Numbered from the stretch's first letter, positions 11,207 to 25,608 are shown. The stretch: DNA of 55,679 bases from Catajapyx aquilonaris (GCA_000934665.2 KZ538152.1:62001-117679); one strand, 5' to 3'. Notes: generated by a model from the sequence alone, not told the origin. Numbers and translations are program-made.

Positions 11207-14200
11207 TACTTGCCTGATATATATAAAAACATTAATATATTGCGGTGATGTGCATATTTATGCAGAGTAAAACGGTAACTTCGGCCATGCTATAATAATT
11301 GTCGCAGTTATACTTTTAAATTTTTGAAAATCTGGTTTAATTTCTGTTTGCGACAATATCCTAGGAATTAGTAGCAACAGCTACAGTAGACCTACATACA
11401 CGTGACTGGGGGGTACGTATTTTTTGAAAAAAGTAACCAAATAATGGAGTTAAAAATGGAGGCAGATACCCGTAATGTTAGCTTCACTGCGACACATCTT
11501 TTTTGAGTATTTTACAATGTAAATCTTCAGTAATGGACACAAACAATTTGAGCCAAGTTGTGCAATATTATGAGGAGAAAGGATCATGGGAAATGTCCCT
11601 CGGAACCTATAAATCATCTGTTAGAGCACTGGAATTGAGGAAAGCACTGCAGTGACGCAGTGCACATTTTCTAAATAGCACTAGAGTGCTAGCGGCTCAT
11701 TGCAAGGAATTCAGGTTGTGTTGTCATGCAATGTATGGCATGCACCACTTGTGCTTGTATGCTCATGAGCCGATTGCGCAACTAGGTTCAATGTGGTTAT
11801 TTATTTAAGTAACAATATGTTCCCATGCTCTTGCATGTACATATTATTTTTACAATCAATTGGAATAATTATCGATGCAGCCAAAGCCAACATGAAATAA
11901 CAAATGTGCTGAAGCAACTAATAAGTGGAGAGGGGCACGACGACGCGACGACGTCTCCTTTGCGTCGCTGGCACCTTGTACTAAGACTAACCAGATTAAT
12001 ACTCGTGACACGGGTGCATGACTTGTTTTTGTTTTATATTTTATATTTTTATTTTTATTTTTTGCTTCTCTGCGTGCATCACCGTGCTGGTAGTTGTGTC
12101 CTGCAAAACGAAAAAAAATAAATCTTGTGAACCCCTCTTTGACCTCTGGACGCATGTTGTGTGTGCATATAGTCACGTGCCCAGTGCACCTGATGAACGT
12201 AGACTGTGATTGTAGTAAAAGTGTGTACATATCTGTGACTGTACTTGTGTGTTTATTGTGGGAGGAGTTGGTGCCGCCAAACCCTGAAGCGAAGGAAGTG
12301 GCTGACTCCCCCTGTAGATGTACTGTGTGTCAAAATGGTGATGATCGTAATAAAAGTGCAAGCCAGAACCGACTTTTTTTGCGCAATTTTTTGAGCGCAA
12401 TTTCAGAAGATAGGACAGGATGAGTTGGAATGTTAGAGTGTGTTGTGTGTGTTGGCGGACACGTGGAATATCGTCAAGTCAACGGTTGCAGGTCTGCCGC
12501 CTCCATGATGGGATCATTAAACAAGCTGTGATGTGGGCGTGGGTGACGCCGGCCGGCTTACAGCTAGAGGGGGAAAATCATGTAGATAGGCACTCTCTTT
12601 TTTGTTTCTCTCCCCAGCTTCAAATCTAGAAACACTATATTATAAACTTAGCCCCTCCCATTCTTCCCCCGCCCTTTTCAACCAGTTTGTATTTCTTGGC
12701 CTTCTCCAAATGAATTCCATTTAACAAATAATTGTGTTGCTCCTAGGACCAGTCTGGTGCCATGATAAAGCGGGGGTTTTTTCCCTATCATTGTTAGCAA
12801 CTGTTAGTATTTATAGCAATAGATCGGATCATTTATAAGGTTTTTTTATTTCGGCACCATTAGTGCAGGGAGGATGTTATTTTACATCCATGTACCTGTT
12901 TCGTACGATAGTAGGACAGGGCTGTTCTAGTTTAGAAAGATATAGTAACCTCAGATGGATATTTTACAAGGTATTTTAATTAAAAACATTCGTGAATGTA
13001 GGCAGCAGGGGGCCTTATGTGCCCACTTGGGCAGGTTCTAAAACAGGATTAACGAGAAACATTAGTTAGTTGTTTTTTTTGCCACAGTTCTAACTAGTAG
13101 TGTGCAGCTACTCTAGCGGAACTTGGGAGTCAGATATTGTCCTGGATGATTGATTTACGTCATTCGAGTGAAGGCGCCATAGACATATTTCATTTATGAT
13201 GGACCATTCTTCAGCATTGCTGGAGTGAAATTTCCAATAATTAGGCTGCATTGTAAAGAACAGTGCTGGAGCTTTTATGCAGTATTGTTGCAACCAATGC
13301 TTAACTATTAGCAGTATATTTGAATGAGCCTCCCCCCCCCCTTTTTTTTTGGCTGCACTTGAATGTTGTGGTGACACCACAAGGGGCCGTCCATAAACGT
13401 CATTTGTTGATGGCTATTTTTTCATGTCACTTCAACTAGCGTTTTGTGTCAAGGCAATCATGCCTCCATAATAACTTTGTTTTGCACCGTAGTATTTCCA
13501 CTTCGTACGGGTCTACAATCTCCCCATTAATTTTTTAGATTAAAAGAGGATGAAATTGCGGTTAAACGACGTGACATCCCCCACCCAGCCCTAGCTGCGA
13601 ACTAGAATTAGGATGAAGTTTATGGATGACCACTTGTCTTACTTGTTGAAGCCTTCAGGTGACGAGCTGGCGACATGACGTAGGAGAAAATAACGCTGAA
13701 AAAGAAAAAAAGAAAACGGGTTTTCTGTTTTCATAATGCAAAGTGGACGGACTTGCCTAACAATAGAGAGTTGGTGGGATATGTAGTCATTTTATTTGCT
13801 GATCTGTTAGTATATCTGGAAACAACTGCGACAAAATACGGCATCATATAATGCACATTGTGGTTTATTGAACGTTGCTGATACAATATATTGTTAGTTC
13901 CTCCATTCAAACACAGGCGGAGAGTGCTTCGATGTCGCCCAGCGACAGTGTGACGTCTGGCGTCACGTGGTGTCATGGCTGCCAAGAACGTCACCATGGG
14001 GCGTGTTTTAAATTCTCATCATCAAGTTAGGTGACAGGACTGTTAGTGATCCCGCAAATTTATGGGGCACTTGAAAGCTCCTTCAGGGAAGCCGCGAAAA
14101 AAAAAATGGAAATAAAAAAGATGAAGAATAGACTTCCCGAAATTAACATGCAGAGTGGAGACACTCCTGTATTTGGAACCAGCATAAAGAAAAGCAATAT

Positions 14201-17200
14201 TTGTGGGAGGTTCAGATAGAAAAGTGTGGCGGGAGGGAACCGGTCATAAAGGCCCCCATTACAAGTGTTAACTGGTTTTGGCGGGGAGGCCTCTTGTGAC
14301 AAAGGACATAGGTGTGAGATAAGGAGATGTTAATCGCCCACCAAAGCCTTTAATTAACGGGCCCGGGAAACGATATTCGGTTAAGGCCTTTGCTGAGTTG
14401 GGCTTGTCCAACTTAGTTAGCAGGCAGAGAAGCGACCCAGGATTACCCTCACTCGAAAGACTACTCTGCCACGCATTTCAAGAAAATAAAGTAGAAACTT
14501 AATTGATACCGGTAGAATCTTTATTGAATTATAGTTCGGTCGTTGCAAGTCGGAGATGGGCATGGTTGGGGGAGAGGGATGAAGGAGGGGGTGGGGGTAG
14601 TTTATAGTTTTATTTTTATAAGTTTTAATTTAGGTCATATGTGGGGTTAACTTGCGTCTCCCTTCATCGCTGACCCATTATAGGGAAATGTCTTGATGGT
14701 GGTGGTGGTGTTTGTTGCAAGACAGCACGACAATGAGGAACTCGTCGCGTCAGTTCAAATTGAAAAAATAAATAAATACCGGAAGATGTATTTACTGCAT
14801 TACATAGCACGTGCATGTTTTTTTAAAATGCATGTGACTCGACTGAGTTACTGCAGGAAAGAAATTACGTCTTGCAGGCTTTAAAAAGGGCCTGTTACCA
14901 TGTAAATGCTAGCCATATGCAAATTGTTAATTATAATACGCATTGTTGTATATTCCATTTGAACCGACACGTACATTGGCCAACAATCATAATCTCGAGC
15001 ATGATCAGCTGTCAGTGCAGGACACCCGTCATTTCTGATGGCTGAATGATCATTACTAAGGTGACAAATGTGAGTCCGAATAACCTTCTCATGACTGTGG
15101 TCCGCCTAGTATTCTTAATAAAAGTCGGACATGACCCCGAGTGAACACGCGAGTTTGAAGCACCAATCTGGTTCCTTATCTGCGTAGGCCCTTGAGGATC
15201 GTAAACCCACGCTCCAGAGAGAGTCGGTTAGAAGTCTCGGAGTAAATAATTTTGGGTCCTGGGCGGTAATCAATGTCCTGCCGGCGCCACACAATCCCAA
15301 TCACTCCAACGGATTATATTCATCACCGCAGGAACGGACGGTGGGCAATTTCTTTTTTTTATTTTTTATTTATATTCAACCCTCCCTCCCAGGAAGATGC
15401 TTCACGCGATAGGGATAATGTTCATTGTGTGGGAGGAGTCGAGGAGGCCCATTGTTTCCGCCTTTGTCAGTTTTTCGAATCATGCCCGATGCTATCGGCA
15501 CTTTGCATAGCGTTTGCTGCGGCGCCAGCCCACTCCCACAACTTTGTTATTTGCGGGATTTACCAGCACTTATATGCCCCCCTTCAAGTGGTCCCGTTGC
15601 CTCCTCGGGCCAATCTGCACTTTTACTCGCAGACCATAATATGATGGCATGCATATATATGGGCACTAGGGGGGAGGGGGGGGGGGGTTCCCGTACATTT
15701 TTGAGCCGGTGATTGCCAGGGACTAGGCAGAGGGCACAGTGGATGTCGTAATTCACGCTGCAATTTCTGGTTGGCAAATACCACGTTACATGTGGATAAG
15801 TCTTCATTTGCATTGATTACTGCTTGCCAGGGTTCACGTGCGGTGAAAACTGTTTTTGACCACTGTTGCCTCGATTGTGACGTTGCCTGCTACAAGTTTA
15901 TGGTGCTATTTTTTTCCCCCTTCCTGATAACAATGAGGTGACGGAAGAATGTGTATAAGGACTTACGAAGAAGGCGGGTAATTATAGGCCATCTTGCATG
16001 TACGTAATATGAGGGAAAGTTTTTGACATTGTAAGAATTACTGGACAATGCCTTTCGTTAGAGAGGCTCGTCTCACTCTCCCAGCTGACAGAGTAATGAC
16101 TGCATATTTTCCTATCTAAATGGACTATAAACGTAGCTTGAGTCACCAAAGTACTGCATTGCTAAAACTCGAATACAAGCTTAATGCCTGATTCCATCTT
16201 GTTACTGATAATAAAATTGTGAAAGAGGCCCTAAAAATGTATTATGAGACTATTCTACAACTGTTATTTTCAGCACTGAATTTTCAAGCACGTGTAAACT
16301 AGGCATTAAAGGAAGTTTATTAACTTAATTTCTCCCAAAAGTTAAACCCGCCGCGCCGTACGCGACAAATTAACATGACTGGAGGCGCAGGTTTGAGGAG
16401 TCATAGATGTCGATGTACCGGTACGGAAAGGGCCCGTTTTGTACAATGGATGTACCGTATGTAAAAATACAAAAAAAGAAGAAGAAGAAGAAGAAATAGG
16501 CGACGTGGCCGGGTCTCCATTCCCTGATTTATTGTCCAGGGTCTGGTGGATTAGGGAGGGGCCGGCTCCTTATGGGCGTTTCTCCTACCAGGGATAACGA
16601 GGGTTATTAAGAATGTTGATCTGTAGGCCGGCGTTTCGTGCGTAATTTATGTATTGCCAGTCACGACTTGCATCCCTCATGACCCGTGTGTGTACTTACC
16701 TCGGCGGGCTCGGCCAAAGGCGCCGAAAGGTTACCGCTGGATGGGGGACAACACACCTGTAATTTCCTTATTGCATTTGCCCCGAATTGTGTCTTCAACG
16801 CTAGTCAGTTCAATCGTCGATACGGGATGATGGTACCGAGCAGATGGTGGAAATTATGCAAAGGGCCCAATTCCAACGTGGTCCTATTACATATCCAGCT
16901 TTTTTTGTCGCCAATTATTGGTAAACTTGTTTGCACTCGGGGCTTCATAGAGGTGTCTCCCCCATTCAGGTATGGTGATACTCCTTGCACCTCGCTGCAC
17001 TGGTTTGAAGAAGCAATCATGCTAGCAAAATTTTCTAGTCCACAGTTGGTTCAATAATTGTAATAAAAATGGCCACCATTTTTTACACGCATAATAGGTT
17101 GTATGTTTGAAACTCACCATAGTGATATTATTGCTAATGGCCGACTAAGTGAAACTTAAGTGAACACGACAAAAATACCAATAAATTGTGATATGAAAAG

Positions 17201-18081
17201 CTCGATAGATGATGATGATTTATTTTTTTTCTAACTGACCTGCTATACGAGATGTCAGAATGATGTTCATATGACGTGCACTTGACATTTAAGCTCATAG
17301 TAAACGTTTCTGACAGTGCGAAAAACTGGAATGTTCTATGATTTGATTTCGGTTGTGTGCTTCAGGCAGCTGGTATCTTGACAGGTGAAAAAAATCAGTC
17401 CGAGCACCCTTCATATTGACCTGTTTCATTGTCCAGTTGCTTTTCCCGACGCTTTCCAGGCATACCGATGGACAATAACGATCTCGGAAAGTGACACGCA
17501 TTGGACCTACATGTTATTCCGCGTCATTGTGCTTTGAGAGAAGCTTTGTTATGCGACGCGTGTGTTATACGGTTTGTAGCATGAACGGAAAAGAAGCATC
17601 GAGGGGCCCCGCCCAAATGGAATGGGGCCTGTCTCTGCTGGAGGCCAAGAGGTGGAAAACACTTCCTCCGCCCTTCTCATGTGTCGTTCTTGAAGACGCA
17701 ACATCTGAAAGGAAGGAACACGTGGATACGTTGGCCTTCATGCCATGTACATGTTAAGCATCTTTAAAATGTTAAATTTTTTATGTGCAATTTTATCAAC
17801 TTTCTGACATTTTGGTTTGTTGGTAGGAAAACCTTACCTGATTGGGGTTATGTATCGTCAGGTGATCGGTAGGTGAATATTATGCTATTTGTTAGTATGC
17901 TGTGTCGATTGACCAGTGATGCATTAGCGACTGTGAGTTTCCAGATTTTACAATGCAAGGAACATGAGGTGTAAACCAGATGACCATGGCCCAGACTCTA
18001 ACGTGGGGGGTCGTATTAGAAAATTATATTCCTGATAACCCGATGTATAACCTGCAAATCTGGACTAACTAATCTTCTAAC

Positions 18082-18269
18082 AAGGGGAAAACAACTTACA
18101 ACTTATGTACACCTTTGTTTAAATCATCGTCACTAAATCGATCTTCCGGAGTGATTCCCCGACCCTTTAACAAATTTAATCAATATTCACTTTAAATGTG
18201 ATTTCTAAATCCTCACTAAAATCTCATACAGTTGCGGTGTACATCACAAAAATCGTAAGTTGTTTCCCT
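18082..18269. mobile_element. Degenerate inverted-repeat element (MITE-like)
   Basis: aggggaaaacaacttacaacttatgtacacc versus ggtgtacatcacaaaaatcgtaagttgtttccct. Confidence 0.45.
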
Positions 18270-20825
18270 CGGCCCTGGAATACTATGGCTTATCCAAGCT
18301 GTTAATATTGAATCATCTGGTGATGCAGGGAATGTGGGGTGGAGGGTAAATTGGTCATAAAGTAGGTTGAAAACAGGTAAAGGTGTCAAATATTCACAGC
18401 TTTTCGCACACTTTTATTTTTTTTCCTCCGCTTGCAGAGCTATGTGCTGACGTGCGTAGACGTCGCCCGTGACGTCAGATAGCGCTCGGCTCCTACTGGC
18501 CAATCGCAAGCATCCGTTGTCCGGACTCCAATCAGAAGCCGGCCCGACATTGCCCCCTGCAGGGTGACGTTACGCACATCTGCGCCATTGCGGGAGTTTT
18601 CTCAACCCTGTGTTCATTTTTTTGGACTATTTTCTCGACGTCCGCGAAAAAATAACGGAAGATCTACTTAGCCCATTTTATACGACTTTTTTAGACTAAT
18701 ATTTGTTTGCGGATATGGGAAATTAACTCTGTGTGCAACACCATGTGCAATGTCACAAGTACCTGAACTAGGTTCATGAAAGCGTCATTATTGCGCCTTG
18801 GACATTGTGGCGTCACACTTTGGTTGAGAGTAGGTATAACACTTTGGTTGTAGCTGTTCAAGTAACTCTAGGGATCATATGATGCCACTAATAATTTTAA
18901 ACTTTGTGTACCGACGCAACAACTACCAAGGGAAAATATTTCTGTGGCAGTTATGACTAATTATAATATTAACGCTTTCACGACAATTCGACTGTCAGTA
19001 GAGTCGTACTGCAGGTACAAGGGTCGAGACAAGGGTACTAATTGCGTATGACCGACTTTTGTGACTAATAAAAATATATTTAATTACAAAACACAGTGTT
19101 GCAAAAAGAATTTCATATACCCCTCCTCAGCTTGAATTTCTTTCCCAGAACCCCGTGGTGTTAGTACACAAGAAGCCTACCAAAGGAAAGAGGATGCGGT
19201 TGCATGATGGTATAATGTTTACATTGTGCTGCGATTCTATGAAGCATTATATCGGCGGATAAAAAAGGAATTGCAGTCATGTCACAGTTTTACCAGGTGA
19301 TCCGTGCTCAACTTACAACCCGTACAATAAAACTGTTTTAAAAAGAAAATGACAAATCCCGTACAAGCCTTGCAAAAGTCAAAATTAATTTGTATGGGAA
19401 GTGCAATAAATGAAATGAATACAGTAGGCCTTGTTGTAATGGCCTGATTTAATGCAATAAATTATTAAAAGTTGCGTCAGTTTACGTGTAGCTGGTTGAT
19501 CCTAATGTGTATTTGACACATGCACTGGTCAAGTAATTTTGAAATGAGATATACGCATAGCCCACTCAACTTTTAAAATAATACAGCCACCCACTGATGC
19601 CGATAAAATGTGCCTCAGATATTTTGATTGCCAGAGTTGAGTATTTTAAAAGGTAGTTTTTAAACCGTCTTTGGTGCACTATGCAAGGCACCTTTTATTA
19701 AAAAATAAATCTGCAAAGTCCTGGTGAATGAGACGTGCCATTCTGAAGGCACGAGAGGAATACATGCGAGAGGCTGTTACATTTAGTGCGTCACCTGCGT
19801 CTCAAATACCATATCAACAGAATATATCAGTGACACTCGTACAGTACGCGATTCTATCCTTTAGTGGTCCCAGTAAATCTGTGTCACTGCGATGCTACAG
19901 AGGGCATTTTGCAATCTTATCTCTGTTTGCCGAAGTGAACAAGAGGTTGTTGCATCGTGCCAACGGCCGACCAGTATCTCAACGCAGTATAGGAATGCGC
20001 GGATGTCAAAGAGGCCATCGATAAGGAAAACCAAACACTTGGGTGACCGCAGGTAAAAAGTAGTGCCAGAAAGTGAGTGCATGTAGCTTTTATCTGTCAG
20101 ATATGAAGTTGTCACTTTGCCACGAACCTTTAACTGTGCATATAAGCATTCGGAGCAGCTGCACACGGTCACACGATGTTCGTTGGACAGTTATGGTTGG
20201 GATCCACTGATCAGCTCTGGATATCAACGACAACGGCCCAAGACAAACACAACGTGTGAACCCAGCTTTCTGTTACCAATCGACAGCAAAAAGATGGCCA
20301 CTGACCAGAGAGCTCCATCAAGATAACTGTAAAGCCGGTGAAGTTTCTTTGTACCATCAATATTGATGACATCCCCTACTGAACTAGTTCAAGTCCTGAC
20401 CATCTTTTTGCTGGCGACACCTGCCCGAAAAAATATTGTCTCACGTAACACCCTGTATCTCCGCATGTAAACACTTGCCTAGGTTGCACCCGATCACAAT
20501 ACGACACCCAACGCAACATGCCAAACTCAGGTCACAACAAGGGCAGATCCAAGTTGTTCAAAACACGTCTAGTTGACCACACACCTTTCATACCAAGCGG
20601 GCAAAAAAGAAAGAAAAAAGAAAAAAAAAGTAGAGAAACTCACGTGTACCACCGAGTGGTGTCGGGCCGGACGCAACAGGTGGCGTTGACGGATGGACGG
20701 ACGTTTCGCGCGTGCGGACGTTTGGCCTCTCGCGCGGCAACTGCCGCCTGGTTGCCTGCATTCAGCTTTTCCCGAGTCTCGCTCAGGGCCTCGGACTTGG
20801 GAGGAGGGGCCTGGCGCCCGCCCGG

Positions 20826-20835
20826 CCATATAAGG
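20826..20835. promoter_or_regulatory. Consensus CArG box (SRF site)
   Basis: CCATATAAGG embedded in a very GC-rich stretch (~20650-21050). Confidence 0.45.
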
Positions 20836-23800
20836 GCAAAAGGAGCCCCCCATTGCCAGGGGCTGCCACAAAGAGTACGTGCCGTGTGTACGTGGGGTGG
20901 ACCCTTACGTGTGTGAGGGAAAGAGGGGGCTGGGGGGGGGGGGGGGGGNGGGGGCCCACACATACATACATGCGCCGTGCCCACGCGCCAGCCTGCCTGA
21001 CTGCCTGGCCAGCAAGGCCAGTGGCCCACTTGGGGCCAACTCCAAGGTATAGAGAAACCAACTTCTGCCGCAATTTTGCATTGGGAATGTGTGGACTGAA
21101 ATGCGGATAGGGAGCATTCGCCGGAGGCGGGGGGAAATGAATTGCTTCGGATGCGCGGTTTTTCATATTCCATCCTTTTGGATGGGGAAGTTGGCTCGGA
21201 TGAAAATTGGTGATTCATTAGAGGTGGACAGTTGTCAGATCACAGGTGGGATGATTATGTAAATAAAGCCACATGAAATATGTTTCTAAGGAAATCGTGG
21301 GTTTCAAAAGTATTTTTGCTCTGAATATGTTAGTTATACGCGAGAGAAATACATTGAAAATTGTCAGATTTTAATTGGTCGATTTTGTTGTGTTTATTGA
21401 GGAGGTGATACATTAGCGATCAACTTGATTGGACATATTTTCTGAATTTTCTCCTTATTTCCATCTCGCAAATTGTCACCAGACTGATGCGGAACACGAA
21501 GTAGCCAGCGTTCATAATTTTATAAAGAAATGATTTTGAATCGTGACTATTTAGCCATGTCTCCTATAGAGTTGAGCAGAAATTGTAGGCCTCATATTGT
21601 TTGTCACGAGTCACGACTTAGAATACGCGTATGACAAGTTCATAAGGCATGTCGACTATTTGTCGTCCATGTGTCAAGCGTATCAACCATTAACCTATGA
21701 CTTATGTTGCCTGCTAGCGTGGTAGAGTAATATATTTAAACCATTTATGGGAGAATGCAGCTAATAATCTTACGCCCTTTCGGCATATCTTCCATGTTGC
21801 ATTCCTGAAAGGTAATATGCACGGTGTTGCGAATCGCCTTACGGGATATGAAATTCTTTCGACTGTTTTCAGTAAATGCCTCCATATATCTCTTCACGCA
21901 TTTATGTCATCCTTAATGACATTTTTCAACACTTGATTATTTTGCAAACGCCGATTTAATGGATCATGGAGAAGGAAAGGAAATGGCTTTGGGTGGAGAT
22001 AACACTTTGAAGAGGCCATTTTAGTGCCAACAAAATAGTTTTTTTGAGGGGTCGTACACCACACGTTAATTACGTCCTCGCTGCTTTTTTTTTTCCTCCC
22101 ATGAAGTTGCGGACAATTTTGCAAATAAGGTAGAGAAGGTCTGGAGAGTTGACCTTGTGTTGATTCAGAGTTGTGGGTTAAACACGTAAAGTGCAATGAC
22201 TCACGCATTGAGGCGTAGGATTTGTAGCCTTATCTCTCTTCCCAAATCCCTGCACATAATGAAACGCTTTGAGGGATGTTATTAAGCCATTCGTATGATG
22301 GTATACAGTGTCAATGGGTGGGATTTATTGTGCGAGGGCGGTTTCTACGCAATTAATTAATTATTTCTTCCCGCTTCTTTTCCCTTCTTTCCATCCACCG
22401 TTATTATCGTTGGTTCCATCGGCAAAGGCCCCGCCAAAACGTTTCCACACCCAACTTTAAATTCCTTGTCACGCGTCTTTTATCCCCGTTTTATTGCTGT
22501 GTTAGGGATGAGTTGTATGGCTTAAGGGGATATTCAGGTTTTAAGACTGTGCCCGTGTTTTTCTTCCCCATTCTTTTTGACCTCTGCCCCTTTACATTTG
22601 TCTCAAATGGAAGGTGCGACAATCGTAAAGTGTCGCTCCGGGGCCTTTTCGACATGTCTTAATCTTGTTGCGCGCAAAACGTTGGAAACTTGAACTCCGT
22701 GGAAAATTGGTCGCTATCACTGCGTAGTGATGAATCGATCTCCCGATGGCAACACCAATGAGGGTTCCAACAAAATTTCTCGTCTGGCCAGACAACTTAG
22801 GCCCGCCAGGGTCTCAGCATCGTGCAATTACGAGCCCACGTGGGGCATTCAAATATGCCTCTAATTACTGCAATCAGACAAAGGGAATTATTTTAATTCT
22901 ACATATTTGAATCTGTTTTGGCCCATTCGAGTCATGCCAACGCCCCAGCTCAATTACTCAACTCTGTTGACTTCACAGCACATTAAGAATATCATATACT
23001 GTATTTTCAAGGTATAGGTGCTCATGCATATAGAGAGGCCTGATCCATTTTCTGCGCAACTTGTTCTGAAGCACAGTATAGCCCTGTCTTAGAAAGGCCC
23101 ACCACCAGCAGTACAATATACCGCTGTGTAATTCCTGTGCTGGGATGTAAAATACCGTATGACATCCTATTAATGTAATTATCGGAGAATTTGAAAGATT
23201 TGAGATCCTGTTTGAAAGTGTGTACTGGAATTTTTCTGTTTTTAATGTCTGGGCTGGGTTTGTTTGTGTTGAATTTTAGAGAAGGTGCTGTCGGTGCGTT
23301 AGTGCGACGTTTCGATTGAAAGTTATCTCATGTACCGTATACAACCAAACCGTCCAATTCCTGTGCTGGGAATTCATATAGCGTAGTCCACATAAGGTAA
23401 TACATAATTATGTTGATGTGTATGTTCGTGAAGACGATATAACTGCCCAGTAAATATCTAAGTTTTAAAAATTACATGTGCATAGGTCCTACGAATAAAA
23501 TCAGTTTGAAATCCGCTTGATATTAAATTAAATGTGCTAATATTTTATGTTAGCGTGCATGAGTTATGAGTTATCGCCTGTAATAAGCTTTAAAAAACGT
23601 GATTCAAGTATTTTGCGTTCGTACCGCACAGGCACGGCGCACCGTGCCTGTGTGCAAGTTTTTCCAAGAGTTTTTCTTACTAACTTGGGCAAATAATAAT
23701 CTTGCCTTGGCATTTTTTAAAGATGTTAATGGTCGCTTCACAGTACTTGACCCATTACCAGGAATCACTTAATGTTCTCATTTACGATGTAGGTGAGGGG

Positions 23801-25031
23801 CCTTTTCTCAGGCTTAACTCTGGTACTCCTGTTTATCATAAGGGAATCCTATATATTCATAGTGGCTTCTGCTAGGATTTGCTACCTGCCATTCAGCCAT
23901 TGGCTGATTTGGACCGTGCCAAATAATAGATCCCGAACTTTTAGAAGTTTTGTATGAGATAGGGAATTAATGCTTTTTTGCGCAAAAGTGAGACAAATTT
24001 TGCAACTCCAAATGGATGTGGACTTTGTAAAATACCGATTCATTTTAGTTACGGTACTTTAATTTCCATTTACTGAAACAGTTGACCCGGACGAAAATAA
24101 AACCTAGACGAGGTCGATGCTGTGTAGTTCGACAAGTGAAGAAATCTTACTGATTTGTTGAATATGATGTGAAGTTACGGTAAAAGCAACACCAGAAGGA
24201 GCAAAGTCACCCCCATTTTCCCCACTGCCCCAAAATCCTAAATATTTTAAAGCTACTGGTCAGGAGATAGGCATTTACTAAAATTTGCTTAATTGGGGTC
24301 GAATGGCATGAGCATTTTTGTTTGTAAATTTCTATTCGGCGAAAGAACGACATCCGCTGGCGCTCGAACCGGTGCCAGATCTGGTGGGTGACCTGAGATG
24401 GAAGAGACAAAGGACCAGTTCCCCGGGACGCGATTAGGGTCGGGTCATTTGGTGAGGTGCAAGGGCAGCCCAAGGGTTGAGTGTGGAGAAAGGGACTAGC
24501 ACGGCCGACAAGTTGTAATGTTGTATGCAGGTCTGATGCGCGAGTTGTCGATAGACTATATGACAGAAGCCTGTCCCTGTACTGGTACTGTATATACAGT
24601 GCATATGCCATCCAGAACGGTACTCGTTTTCCTATAGCATCAGGCAACGGCAACTTAGCAGCACTTGTAAGTTATATGCGCATCACTATCCTTTGTCTGC
24701 ATGTCCAATGTATACTCGTACAGAACTACAGTATAGGCTATAACAATATGTACGAGATTACGTTATACGCTACTTGGTGTGACGAAGTTGGTACGAGAGT
24801 TGATACTTGATAGGTCCATTTTTTACACTGTCGTAAGCTTTAGCTTTCACGAACTGCCCGCCATTGGTCCAACATTTATCATTCATATGGCAATTTATTT
24901 ATATAGGCAAATTATGCTACAGTAGGGCTATACCTTCTCTGTATGCCTTGCCTTTTGATGTCATTTGCAGTGAGTCATGAAATGTAATTAAGCTCAGTAT
25001 TTAAAAACACTGTTTTTACATTATTTAATTG

Positions 25032-25608
25032 TAGTAAAACTTCTATAACTGAAGTCGAACTTCCCTAAGTCGAAGAAAAATATGAGCTTGGTTGGTTACA
25101 ATGTAAAATAATATAGGAAATGAACTTCCCTAACTCGAATTTCTATAACTCGGAAGTGTTGGCAGGGACTTACGATGGGATATCAATGCATTTTCAGTCT
25201 CCCTAAGTCGAAGTTCATGTTGGCGAGTACGGAATTTTTTTTCATTTCCCAGCCGAAGGGTCTAGAGTAGGCCACATGTACAGAAAGGCTCGATTTCCTG
25301 ATCTCCGTCTACCAGACGTACCGAAAGAAGGGTTTGACTCGATTGTGACAATTGAATCCTTGAATCTAAGTGTATAGGTAAATGTTCATAACAGAGATTT
25401 TTTTTTACAACAAAACAGCGAGGAACATTGCAAGTGTGATAGTGACAGTTATTTTTAAGTTTTGAACTCCTTTTGTCGCTGGATATAAAGGTAGGCTTCC
25501 TTATAGAGTTCTGTGCTTTAAAAAATCCAAACTTCTCTAACTCGGATCTTCTATAACTCGAAGTTTTGTTCCGGCCCCATGGAGATTCTACTTATAGAAG
25601 TTTTACTG
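25032..25608. mobile_element. pogo/Tigger-like non-autonomous DNA transposon
   Basis: TIRs (t)AGTAAAACTTCTATAA ... TTATAGAAGTTTTACTG|TA. At least six subterminal copies of a ttc(c/t)(c/a)taa(g/c)tcg motif near the two ends. Confidence 0.75.

Noticed and set aside
20330..20458. Tc1/mariner-like end (...acgtaacaccctgTA)
   Set aside because: No matching opposite TIR found, so the element cannot be delimited.
20518..21218. ORFs of 127-192 aa
   Set aside because: They cross a poly-G run containing N, are open on both strands because of high GC, and show no recognisable domain; more consistent with regulatory DNA.
25032..25608. CRISPR-like or regularly spaced repeats (also 45795-45920)
   Set aside because: Short, irregularly spaced subterminal transposon motifs in a eukaryotic intron; no constant repeat-spacer period and no cas genes.
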